In this document: one piece after another, positions 1 through 9,418 of the stretch
Layout: each line of letters begins with the position of its first letter
Position numbering within the stretch: position 1 is the first letter of the stretch
Made by a program: the position numbers and the translations under genes
Source: a virus
Direction: 5' to 3' (one strand)
DNA length: 64,000 nt
IMG/VR virus record: IMGVR_UViG_3300005337_000003
Coordinates: 32,001 to 96,000 of that record
The notes under the pieces: generated by a model
What the model was told of the DNA's origin: nothing
Database searches by the model: none
Seen by the model: the letters and a program-made list of their open reading frames with translations, nothing else

Positions 1-2938
1 TAACGCCTTTATCTTTAAGGGAGAGTTCCGGGTGGGTCGCATCCCCAAAGTTATCGACAGCATATTGCAGCGTCTGCAGCGTCTTCTGTAAATCAGCACT
101 TGGATTAACTTTAAACTGCTCCTGTACATCTGATAGCCTCTCTTCGAACTTTAGCTGGGCGTACCGATACAAACTGGCAACACCTTTCAGCTTAGACAAT
201 ATCACCGCAGTGTAGGAAGATGTATATTGGGCCTGCAGGTTTTCCAACTCTTCTTTTTCTTCCGGTGTCAGATTTGGCTTCTGCTCAAGATCTCGTTTAC
301 GGTTACCTGCCTGTAGATTGGCCGCATTCATCTCATCCAAGGCTTCGGAGAACAACGCATCCACACTGTCTGATATTAAGTCGGAGGTTTCAAAGCTCAG
401 CTCTATTCCGCCCTTTACCGGCTGCATGGCTTTATTGAGCGTATTGAATTCAGCATTTTCAGCTGAGAAGCTATAGGTGGCCAAATCCCCTACTCGCAAT
501 CTCTGGTAAAGTTCAGCAACTTTTTGGTTAACCCGCTCGTCTATCACGGATTCGCGAACCGTTGCCGATCCGAATAATTCTTTTAAAAAGTTCAGGATGC
601 GGCGGAATAAAGTATTCCGTTTTGGTGCCTTATCCATCACTAACTTTCCACCGGATAACATATAAGCCCTGAAATCCTCTGCCAGATATTCCTCCAACTG
701 CTTATTAGTAGCGTCGGAGAATTTAACGGTATTGCCCTGGAAGTCAATGAATGTTCCGGACTTAGTTCTCACCTCACGATATAAGCCCTCCCTATCTTCC
801 CGAGGTAATAGTCCCTGAGTGAACCCGTGCCATGCCTCATGGTATAAATCTGACGCATCGGCGCCCTTGTATAATTTTACACAGTTAATGGCCCAATTGG
901 CAATTACATTCGAATCTTCCGCGTTGACTTTTTCGAACATTGCCTGGAATGGAAAATGTTTTGAGAGTGGGCTTTGACTGTACCATTTCTCAGCCTCTTC
1001 GATCTGCGCCTCCATGGCCTTGATGCTCCCTTGGCCTGCGATCTTGTTCCATTTGTCCGGATTTTGTCCCTTAAGGGATGCCAGGTAATCCTTGGCAGAC
1101 ATTTTTGGTTTATCATATTCAGGCCTGATAAAACCGTTTTCATCAAACAGTGTGGGTTGTGACACCTCAACCTTAGGTTTATCAATAATATCCACATTAG
1201 CGGCTGGGCTGATGGTGAATTCCAGATTAGAACCAGCGCTCTGCAACCCTCCTTGGGAATCTACAGCATATGGTACAGTAAAATTATCTTGGATAAAACC
1301 AAAATACTTCCTGGTGGTTGTCGTTAAGGTGTTGCCGTTAATCTCGAAATCCTCATAAGAGTTACTATTAAACAGTGTCTTATTAATGCTTAACTTGATA
1401 GTATCTATCCTGTAATATTTTACACTTCCGTCAGGTTGAGGAAACTCATACACATCATCGAACTGAGCAGTTTCCAGGTTTGTCACTTTGTTGCTACGCC
1501 CCCCATACATCGCCTGGGCCTTAGCCGGTGTTAATTCCTCCGCAGGAATACGGCGGGTAAACATGGTACGCAATGCCTGACCCATCTCCTCCTTGCTGGC
1601 GTAACTCTGTGGTTGGCCCATCCGGTAGACCACAAGTTCACCACCAACAACCCGTATGTCAAGCGCTTTTGGATCAGTATATAAAAACTGACGGAGTAAC
1701 TTAAGCTTATTCTCTGGTGTAACTGCAAACGTCTGGCCTCCCCTGGTGAATGTAAGGTCAGTAGTGATAAGAGATACTAGTTTATTCACCATCTCGGGGG
1801 TAAACTCTTTCCGGTTAACAGATACAGACATCTCAGTGCCTGGAAGATCGAAATAGTAGACGTTGGGCCTTTGGTTCCTGGCCGGGATGCCCCGGTAAAA
1901 ATTAATAGGCGCTACGATCTTGAGGGCTGATACTGGTGAGGCTCCCTTCTTTATCGGAGGTACGTAGCGGATTTGGCCTCCTTTTATATCAACCTGCAGG
2001 GATTTCCCTGTCTGGTGGATATACTTGCGGGCGTCGGCCAATAGTTTTAATTTGCGGGTAGTGACGGCCAGTGCCTGCTCATACGTCATGCCTTGAGATT
2101 CCAGCTGTTTGAGCTGTCGCAGATCGGTTTCGAGCAAGGGCCTGCCTTCCACAGGATTGCGGAAGTTGTAGTGTATGAGCGATCCTTCGTCAGATTTTAC
2201 CAAATCAGCTGTAAATCGGATAGGTTTTCCTTCCGGGTCCGTTACCAGCAGCACAATGCCTTTATTGGCATTTTCCAATTTGGTGGGATCAGCTTGTATT
2301 TCAGCCTGGGTATCCGGGTAAAAATCCTCCACTTTAAAGTCTTTGGTTAGCGACATGGTAAGCCTTACCGGTACACCGTTGATAATGCTTGAGCCGTCCG
2401 GCTGCACGTTTTTTATTATCTGTGTCTTAGCGTCAGCATAGATTTTCATGCCGGGCCGGATCTGGCCGGTATTGATATCAGTATCCATCACTAAGTCCGA
2501 GAGGATCAACGCGGGGTTAGCCTTAAACTCCGGGACTTTATCTACCGGGATTTCTTGCTGTGCTGGAGGATTGATTTGCGAATCCTTAATAATATTCTCC
2601 TTAACAACGTTGGCCTCTTGAGTCTGTGTATTGAAGCCGTTAACGTACTCTTGCACCTTATCGAAATTTTCAAAGGCAGCTTCCTTTCCGGAAACGACTG
2701 CGGCGGAAGAGGCAAGCTTGGAGAATACATCCCGGTTGATTCCCATCACGGCGCGGATGTTTGCAGGTAGCAGTCCAACATATGTCATTGCCAATACCGG
2801 ATCACCGGTCTTGGTGCGGATCAAATCATGGAACTTTCTGGCATAATCGTCAAACTGAAAATCTTTGGCCTTGTTAAGGTCGATAGCTACTTTGCCGAAA
2901 AGCAGTCGCTGCTGTTGGGGAGTTAATGTACAATTCAT
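1..2938 (-). CDS. Giant virion protein, N-terminal ~979 aa, open off the left edge; zincin-like metallopeptidase domain; probably the crAss-like virion RNA polymerase-type giant protein or its neighbour
   Basis: Not in the ORF track because it has no stop in the window. Hand translation from ATG 2938 (ATGA overlap with the TGA of 2935..6291) is open to base 1: MNCTLTPQQQRLLFGKVAID...LYHEAWHGFTQGLL...QLEEYLAEDFRAY...LFRRILNFLKELFG. HExxH at 827-841 plus a downstream Glu. RNAP catalytic motifs are not in the window, so the RNAP label is inference from gene position. Confidence 0.85.
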   Translation of the reverse strand, partial: MNCTLTPQQQRLLFGKVAIDLNKAKDFQFDDYARKFHDLIRTKTGDPVLAMTYVGLLPANIRAVMGINRDVFSKLASSAAVVSGKEAAFENFDKVQEYVNGFNTQTQEANVVKENIIKDSQINPPAQQEIPVDKVPEFKANPALILSDLVMDTDINTGQIRPGMKIYADAKTQIIKNVQPDGSSIINGVPVRLTMSLTKDFKVEDFYPDTQAEIQADPTKLENANKGIVLLVTDPEGKPIRFTADLVKSDEGSLIHYNFRNPVEGRPLLETDLRQLKQLESQGMTYEQALAVTTRKLKLLADARKYIHQTGKSLQVDIKGGQIRYVPPIKKGASPVSALKIVAPINFYRGIPARNQRPNVYYFDLPGTEMSVSVNRKEFTPEMVNKLVSLITTDLTFTRGGQTFAVTPENKLKLLRQFLYTDPKALDIRVVGGELVVYRMGQPQSYASKEEMGQALRTMFTRRIPAEELTPAKAQAMYGGRSNKVTNLETAQFDDVYEFPQPDGSVKYYRIDTIKLSINKTLFNSNSYEDFEINGNTLTTTTRKYFGFIQDNFTVPYAVDSQGGLQSAGSNLEFTISPAANVDIIDKPKVEVSQPTLFDENGFIRPEYDKPKMSAKDYLASLKGQNPDKWNKIAGQGSIKAMEAQIEEAEKWYSQSPLSKHFPFQAMFEKVNAEDSNVIANWAINCVKLYKGADASDLYHEAWHGFTQGLLPREDREGLYREVRTKSGTFIDFQGNTVKFSDATNKQLEEYLAEDFRAYMLSGGKLVMDKAPKRNTLFRRILNFLKELFGSATVRESVIDERVNQKVAELYQRLRVGDLATYSFSAENAEFNTLNKAMQPVKGGIELSFETSDLISDSVDALFSEALDEMNAANLQAGNRKRDLEQKPNLTPEEKEELENLQAQYTSSYTAVILSKLKGVASLYRYAQLKFEERLSDVQEQFKVNPSADLQKTLQTLQYAVDNFGDATHPELSLKDKGV

Positions 2939-5900
2939 ACGCAACCTAGTGTTTCTTCGAACTCTTTCTCAAATTTCTCAGGATCAGCCAATGCCTCTTC
3001 CATTGTCTTCTCAAGCACCTGACGGCTACTATTAATGAAATTAGTCACCTGTTCACTACTCTGAGTTGCCAGTTCTTTTTCCTTATCTGTTGGCTGCGTA
3101 TCCTGTGCTGCTTCGGATTGTATACCCAAAACAGTATCCTTTAAGTCTTTTTCTTCCACGGTTATCTTGAGGTTTTTATTAAGGAGATCAATGGTTAATT
3201 TTTTACCTGTATTTTGCGACACCATACCTTTGTCATGCTCTTTGTTAGTCAGCTGCACTACAGTACCTACTGGCAGATTAGACATACTGATAACATTGTG
3301 AAATTCCTGACGACGCGCTTCCAGGCCTTTGAGTATTTTATTAGCGGTTAAATTCATCCGCTTACGGGTCCTGCGGTCAAACAGCCTAAACATGGTCTCA
3401 AATTCAGCTTTAAGCGCGTCCAGTTCGTCCAGGTTCTTAACACCAGGAATGCGCTCCAATACATCCTCAGCCTGGACATCCTCCTTGGTTTTACCTTGTT
3501 CCTGTGCAACTTCTGGCTGCTCGACTTGTTCTTCAGTAACTACCTCTTCCTCCGGCTTGGTAACATTGAGATAATTATCTACAATGTCTTTAAATTTTTG
3601 ATATCTCGGATCCCTGGCATCTATGGCTTGTTTGGCATTAATATCAAAAAAGCGCTCAGGCACAGCCTTGTCATTAATCAGCTTATCTACACTCTGCGGA
3701 GATAGTACAAATCCCCTATCATACAAAGTCTGTAAGATCGAATTGTCTTCAGTGGATTTCTGAGCTAATTCGATACCCTTCTTGATTATATCGCCTTTAG
3801 AATTATAAAGATCCGTAAATGCACTATTAAGTCTTTCATAATAATTTAAAAATCCTTGAGGATCAGCCAGCGTATTTACTGTTTCAGTTGTAATAACGTT
3901 CTCTATTCCCAACTCATGCAGATCCAGCAATTCATCAAATGATTTACGTAATTCCACATTAGACACGCTGGAAGATGGGTTGAGGGATTTAAGGTAGTTT
4001 GAGTATGATTTGAACAGTTTGTTTTGATCTGTCCGTTTCTGTTTGTCCAGAGATAGCGCCTTTTTTGCTTCCGGCGATAGTCCTTCCAGGTCCTGGTGCA
4101 GGTATAGACCTGTTAATGTGGTATTAAAATCCTCCAGGTGTTTTAAGGTATTTTTTTTGGCCTTAAGCTCCTCGCGGTTATTATTGTATTCCAGTACCTC
4201 GATCTCATCTTTTAGTAGACCTATTTCCTTTTGAAGCTGTATAGGGCTTGTCAGGGCATTAAAATAATTGGAAGGAATCTTATTGGTTCCGGCCTGGGCC
4301 AGCAGGCCGGAAGCGATGTTTTTGATCCTTGTTGCATTGTCCTCGACTTTGGCACTATCGAATATCGCCCTCGACTTGGCTTGTTCCCAGGCTGAATACC
4401 CTATGGCTTCCCGGGTATATTCCGGGGTATCCTTGTGGTACATTGTAGGACTGAAAGGGTTCTGTAGCCTGAGATTCCACTCCTCGTATTTTTGTTTGAC
4501 AGTCTCGGCCCGGGAGATCAGCGAATCGACCTTTGAAAGAATCTCCTGCCCGTCCCGACCGAATGTTTCCTTTATGGCCTCTGGCGTCATGCTTCGGATA
4601 TCGCGCAGTTTATCTAAGAACAGATCATAGGATCCGGTATCAAGAGCCAGTTTGGTATTGCTTGCCAAATTCTCAAATTCGTTATCCAACCACTTCTTCT
4701 TATCATTCTCATCAAGAGCTTCGTATTGGCCTTTTACCGCTTCAGCGCTGGTAGTGTAGTTGATATCGCGGGAGGAAAAGAATCTCAAAGGGTCTTTATA
4801 ATACTCATTAAGAGTTGCAAGGGTCTTCTGTGTATAGTCATTCTTGGTCTTACGATAGCCTGCTATTTTTTCAATACCTGCACTTACTGGTGATACCAAG
4901 CCCCCCATGAAAAATCCGGAGGCAAACGTTTCAAATCCCTTGCCGCTGAGCTGATCCACGGTGTTCTTGGCTAAGGCATCCCACATGCTGTCATTTGTAT
5001 ATTCTCCCCTACCGTGGTCTAGTCCGCTCCTGGTCTTGGAGCCGTATAAATTGGCATAGTAATCCACAGCGGTACCTGCCGTGATGTCCTGCAACGACTC
5101 CTGCAACCCTTCCGAAAGGTTGCCCCTGAAGTATTTAACAGCGCCTATTCCCCAGTTTTTAGGCTTGAACGCTGCGCGGGTCCGATTCATAAAAGTGGCC
5201 TCAACAAGCTTGTCCCCCTGCCTCATGAACCGGGCTCCATTACGCAGCGTATATTCTGTTGGTTGGGCAAATGATTTCAGCAACGGATCAAACGTCAGCT
5301 TATTGGTGAGGAATATCACCGGAATGTTAGCAATCATGTTAGATGTGCCGGCATCCTTGGCATTCTCTTTTAACGTAGCATATTCCTGGTCATCCGGATA
5401 ACGACCACCGTGCTCTTCACGGAACTTGGCCAGCATCCGCTCCTCGGCATCCCGCTGGGCTGCTGCTCCTTCCATACGGGCCTCCGATACGGTAAAATTG
5501 GCTGCCTGTATGTCTTGGTAAAGGGCGCCGGCTGTCTTATAGGAAGCCACGGCTGCATTCACACTGCCTGATTTGCTGGCCTGATATATATCCTTAGCGG
5601 CTTCAAACGTATTGGCCAGGGGCGTAATACTTTTAGCTGCATTCCAGAGCTTCTCTGCAGCTGAGTAATTATTGATTTCCTTCAGGGTGCCTAATGCCGC
5701 CTCGTATTTGCCCAGGTCTTTGGTGAACTTGCCTACTTGTAAAGCTCCCTGCGTACCCTTGAAGGCACTCCCTATTCCTGAGGTAAGATAATTTTCCAGC
5801 ACCAGTTCACCTATCATACCTACAGTGTAGCCTGAATTACTCATAAGGTTAGAGGCAAAACCGCTCACACCTCCCCTGGTTGATGAACCTACGGCATTAT

Positions 5901-6291
5901 AGTAATTCATCTCGTCGGCACTATCGTAATCCAGGCCCGTGAAATCTCCTGTAAGGGCTGCGCCGTAGGAACGGATCGGGGCTTTAAAGCCTGTAGCAGC
6001 CAGCTTACCTGCTGTCTTTATTGCCCGCCACATATCTCCCAGGCCTGAACTATTGTTGTTATACAACGATTCGTTATCTACCCATGGGTTGAACCCCAGT
6101 TTAGAAAAAGACGGATGAGAATAATAACGCTCAAAGTTCTTATTTTGGTCTGTGGTGCTACGGGGATCATAGCTGAAAGAGGCTGCACTTACATACGGAC
6201 TGAATACCTGCTTAGATACCCGGTCAGGAATAGAAGAGACAGCAGCTTCCTGCTGCGCTATCAATTCATCGAGTTTTGGGTCCCGTGGCAT
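2935..6291 (-). CDS. Large internal virion/ejection (cargo) protein, 1118 aa
   Basis: Long helical Ala/Gly-rich ORF with EARMEG and SEGLQESLQD motifs typical of podophage ejection proteins; lies next to the giant protein as in crAss-like genomes. Confidence 0.75.
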   Translation of the reverse strand: MPRDPKLDELIAQQEAAVSSIPDRVSKQVFSPYVSAASFSYDPRSTTDQNKNFERYYSHPSFSKLGFNPWVDNESLYNNNSSGLGDMWRAIKTAGKLAATGFKAPIRSYGAALTGDFTGLDYDSADEMNYYNAVGSSTRGGVSGFASNLMSNSGYTVGMIGELVLENYLTSGIGSAFKGTQGALQVGKFTKDLGKYEAALGTLKEINNYSAAEKLWNAAKSITPLANTFEAAKDIYQASKSGSVNAAVASYKTAGALYQDIQAANFTVSEARMEGAAAQRDAEERMLAKFREEHGGRYPDDQEYATLKENAKDAGTSNMIANIPVIFLTNKLTFDPLLKSFAQPTEYTLRNGARFMRQGDKLVEATFMNRTRAAFKPKNWGIGAVKYFRGNLSEGLQESLQDITAGTAVDYYANLYGSKTRSGLDHGRGEYTNDSMWDALAKNTVDQLSGKGFETFASGFFMGGLVSPVSAGIEKIAGYRKTKNDYTQKTLATLNEYYKDPLRFFSSRDINYTTSAEAVKGQYEALDENDKKKWLDNEFENLASNTKLALDTGSYDLFLDKLRDIRSMTPEAIKETFGRDGQEILSKVDSLISRAETVKQKYEEWNLRLQNPFSPTMYHKDTPEYTREAIGYSAWEQAKSRAIFDSAKVEDNATRIKNIASGLLAQAGTNKIPSNYFNALTSPIQLQKEIGLLKDEIEVLEYNNNREELKAKKNTLKHLEDFNTTLTGLYLHQDLEGLSPEAKKALSLDKQKRTDQNKLFKSYSNYLKSLNPSSSVSNVELRKSFDELLDLHELGIENVITTETVNTLADPQGFLNYYERLNSAFTDLYNSKGDIIKKGIELAQKSTEDNSILQTLYDRGFVLSPQSVDKLINDKAVPERFFDINAKQAIDARDPRYQKFKDIVDNYLNVTKPEEEVVTEEQVEQPEVAQEQGKTKEDVQAEDVLERIPGVKNLDELDALKAEFETMFRLFDRRTRKRMNLTANKILKGLEARRQEFHNVISMSNLPVGTVVQLTNKEHDKGMVSQNTGKKLTIDLLNKNLKITVEEKDLKDTVLGIQSEAAQDTQPTDKEKELATQSSEQVTNFINSSRQVLEKTMEEALADPEKFEKEFEETLGCV

Positions 6292-9200
6292 TGTTCTGTT
6301 TTTTATAATTTGATACGTTCAGGTATTGCTGGTAAGCCTGGTTAAGGTTAGCTGTCGTTACCTTTACGTAATCTGAAAAACTGAGCTGATCATCCTGTCC
6401 AAGCTGACTGACATTGATCAACGGCTTGCTTTCTGTCCACCGCCATTGGGTGATCAGGTTACCGTTATCGTCTTGAACATAAGTAGGAGAATAGGTCTTC
6501 ATGACAAATCCATTGCCTGCATTTTCTATTACTGCCTTTCCCTTGTAACCAAGATCAATGGTAGTGGAGGCGTTGGGCTGATTCATATACACAGAGGCCG
6601 GAGGACGTGTAAGCTTCTGCGCCAGGGGCACCACCGCCGGATTATCAGCGGACGTCACTACCCGCACAGTCCTATCTTCCAGTGTTACTTCATCGGATTT
6701 TTTCAAACCTTTGAACTTACGATAAGCATCCTCTGATATGGTAAAGTCAGTTGCAATTCTGGGCTCAACCATCTGGCCAGGCAATTGCACATTCTCACCA
6801 TATACATTACGTTCTCCCGTCTGAATAGCGTAATCAATGCTGGAAGAAGAGGCTAAGGCGTCTGCATCAAACCATTGTGGTATGTTGTGTACCTGCATGT
6901 CTACCTTCACTCCCTTAGTGCCTATGTTGTCCCTGATCAGATCGAATAGTTCAGCCTTTTCTGGAGCCGTCTGGGGTGTAGCTGGTAGTTCCCGGTTGGT
7001 AGAGAATATAAATGCCAGGGTTTTGTTTTCCGGATTTTCCGAGAGGCTGTTCAGGGTTTTTTTGATCATCTGGTAATCCGGATGTAGGGGGGCAGATGCA
7101 TCCCCAGACAGCGATACCGATGTTTTTGCGTTTTGAGCTCCGCCGGCTCCTGAAGCACCTACCGGATTGTTTATAGACGAAAGCTGGGTATTGATCTGCT
7201 TGCTAAAGCGGGCGTAATTCTCATCAAATGCTTTCGTGATTGCGGTTGTGTTAGGCGTATATCCTGTACTTATTTGCCTGGCTACTTCGCGGTCATAATA
7301 ACGTTGGTAGGCTTCTGTGGGAGGCAATAACCTGCCGTTATCCACCATAGAGTACAATACGCCACCAGTCAGATCATTCGGCGATACACCTGCACGGACC
7401 CTGCGGAAAGCCTCATTTACCTGCTTGGTATTTATGTCTTGAAGTCCTTTTGCTGCCTGTATATCTAATTGCAGTTGGGCCATTGATGCATCATCCCATC
7501 CATCCTGGTAGATGCGAGATCCTGCATTGTTGTTACGAATATTCATGGCATTGCCTGCGGCATCTCCCACATTCGAGATATTATTAACCACATCCAGAGG
7601 CAATTCCCCATTCAGTAATTTATTATAATCAACCCCAGTACCCTTTAAGATAGCTACGGTGTCAAGGAGAATCTTAACTTTTTTAGCCTGCGCATCCTTA
7701 CCATTCTCTACATCTGCCTGCCTGTAGGCCTTAACCATAGAGCCCAGCATATCTTTAAGAAAGGCATTGGCCCCCACTACAGACCTGTTAACAGCATCTG
7801 TTTCCAATTTTTTATTCTCAATGTAGGTATTCTCAAATGGATAGGAAGATGTATTGGGTGGTAGGGTTTGGGCAGCCTTGGCTTCTTCAGGAGAAAACAA
7901 TCCTGCCTGTTTTAATTTCAGAATATCTTTCTTTTGTATGTTGTCAGGGTCCACACCTATTTTTACCAATTCCTGTGGGTCTATACCCTTTTGGGCTAAA
8001 AAATTACCGATTGATTGTGCATCATATCCTTTCGCTGTATTAGCCTGCATGTCTAGGTTATGCTTATACAATAGCGTCTCCAGTTCGTATTGGTGGTCCT
8101 GGGCTTTGAGCCTGGAGGCATTGGAGTAGGATAATTTGCTATTAAATGCGGCCAGAGAATAAGGATCAGCTTTTAGTTCCTGTTTTGCGGTCCCCATTGC
8201 GTACGTATAAGCAGCCCGGCCTAGATCCTCCTGCATAAACATACCAGCCATAATTTGTTGAGCTCTGGCCTTTAGTCCCTGAGCGTTGTCAATATTAGGA
8301 GCGGTGCGTATCAGATTCTGTTGCCGCTGGTGTACTGTCTCTGCATTCTTAGAGTGATCAATAAGGGCCATAAGCCGATCGTAATCATTTGTAGTTCCGT
8401 CACCTTCCGCTATCTTACCCTGCTTATCGGCCAGCTCAATAGCAGCTGTTTCAGTACTCAGCCTTTCCATCATCTGATCGTAAGCTGCCTTGGATCTGTT
8501 GGCAGAAATCACAGCCGGGGCAATAAAAGTATTCACATACTGGCTCTCAGCTGTATTCCGATCGACGCCGTGGGTTGCCATATACTGATCTATAAATTCA
8601 TTCTGGTGTACATACGCCCGCGTCTGGTACATAGCCTGCACTGCAGAGTCGTTACCAAACATACCTAAAAGAAATTGAGGCAACACGCCTCCACCTTCTT
8701 TATCATACAGCAACGTACCGTTGGTATTGGTAACGATATAGCCGTCTTTAATGTAATCCATCGATACATTAAAACCAGCTTTTTTCATCGCCTCCATTGA
8801 TTTCCCGAACACATCCTGGTCTGGCACATAGTCAGGTCCTCGCATACCCAGTGATTGCTCTGGGGAAGCTTCTTGGAATTCCCGGGCTCTGTAGCCCAGT
8901 GCCTTTAAACCGGCCTCTGAAAACTTACCCCCACACTTGTCCGGATCTGTGCAGTATCGGTATTGATCTGCATTCTTATAGGAATTTTGTAGCTTCTTGG
9001 TAAAGGCAATGTCATTGATAAGGTATTTATCCTTCAATATAGGTTCGAACAGCTTCTGGGCGGCAGATACATTCTGATCGATAGAAAGATCGGTGGTGGC
9101 TATTCGCTTCCGCTCTGAGTCGATAGTCTTAAAGTAGTCCTCTCGCCTTTGGATATTATCCTCCCGGGTAAGAGGGGAATTAAATGTGCTGGTGTATAGT

Positions 9201-9331
9201 GAGTTGATCCTCTGCAGTCCTTGGTTATATTGCTGTTGCTTTACACCCAAGATATTACTGTAATAATTAAAATCAGGCTGGAACGGTTGAAACTGTGTGA
9301 CCGTATCGCCTATGCCGAGATAATCCGCCAT
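6266..9331 (-). CDS. Large internal virion/cargo protein, 1021 aa
   Basis: Long ORF; N-terminus (FQPFQPDFNYY...KQQQY) resembles crAss-like cargo proteins; own A/C-rich leader. Confidence 0.7.
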   Translation of the reverse strand: MADYLGIGDTVTQFQPFQPDFNYYSNILGVKQQQYNQGLQRINSLYTSTFNSPLTREDNIQRREDYFKTIDSERKRIATTDLSIDQNVSAAQKLFEPILKDKYLINDIAFTKKLQNSYKNADQYRYCTDPDKCGGKFSEAGLKALGYRAREFQEASPEQSLGMRGPDYVPDQDVFGKSMEAMKKAGFNVSMDYIKDGYIVTNTNGTLLYDKEGGGVLPQFLLGMFGNDSAVQAMYQTRAYVHQNEFIDQYMATHGVDRNTAESQYVNTFIAPAVISANRSKAAYDQMMERLSTETAAIELADKQGKIAEGDGTTNDYDRLMALIDHSKNAETVHQRQQNLIRTAPNIDNAQGLKARAQQIMAGMFMQEDLGRAAYTYAMGTAKQELKADPYSLAAFNSKLSYSNASRLKAQDHQYELETLLYKHNLDMQANTAKGYDAQSIGNFLAQKGIDPQELVKIGVDPDNIQKKDILKLKQAGLFSPEEAKAAQTLPPNTSSYPFENTYIENKKLETDAVNRSVVGANAFLKDMLGSMVKAYRQADVENGKDAQAKKVKILLDTVAILKGTGVDYNKLLNGELPLDVVNNISNVGDAAGNAMNIRNNNAGSRIYQDGWDDASMAQLQLDIQAAKGLQDINTKQVNEAFRRVRAGVSPNDLTGGVLYSMVDNGRLLPPTEAYQRYYDREVARQISTGYTPNTTAITKAFDENYARFSKQINTQLSSINNPVGASGAGGAQNAKTSVSLSGDASAPLHPDYQMIKKTLNSLSENPENKTLAFIFSTNRELPATPQTAPEKAELFDLIRDNIGTKGVKVDMQVHNIPQWFDADALASSSSIDYAIQTGERNVYGENVQLPGQMVEPRIATDFTISEDAYRKFKGLKKSDEVTLEDRTVRVVTSADNPAVVPLAQKLTRPPASVYMNQPNASTTIDLGYKGKAVIENAGNGFVMKTYSPTYVQDDNGNLITQWRWTESKPLINVSQLGQDDQLSFSDYVKVTTANLNQAYQQYLNVSNYKKQNNATGPKTR

Positions 9332-9398
9332 TTTTGGAATTGTGTGAGTATTTTACAAAACTAATTAAATAGTATTTCAGTACCAATTCCTATACAAC

Positions 9399-9415
9399 TT
9401 TACTTTTTTAGTAAA
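9399..9415. promoter_or_regulatory. 17-bp palindromic operator-like site TTTAC-TTTTTTA-GTAAA, copy 1
   Basis: Exact copies at 27852-27868 (opposite orientation) and 41273-41289; all are intergenic and upstream of minus-strand genes. Confidence 0.7.
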
Positions 9416-9418
9416 GTA

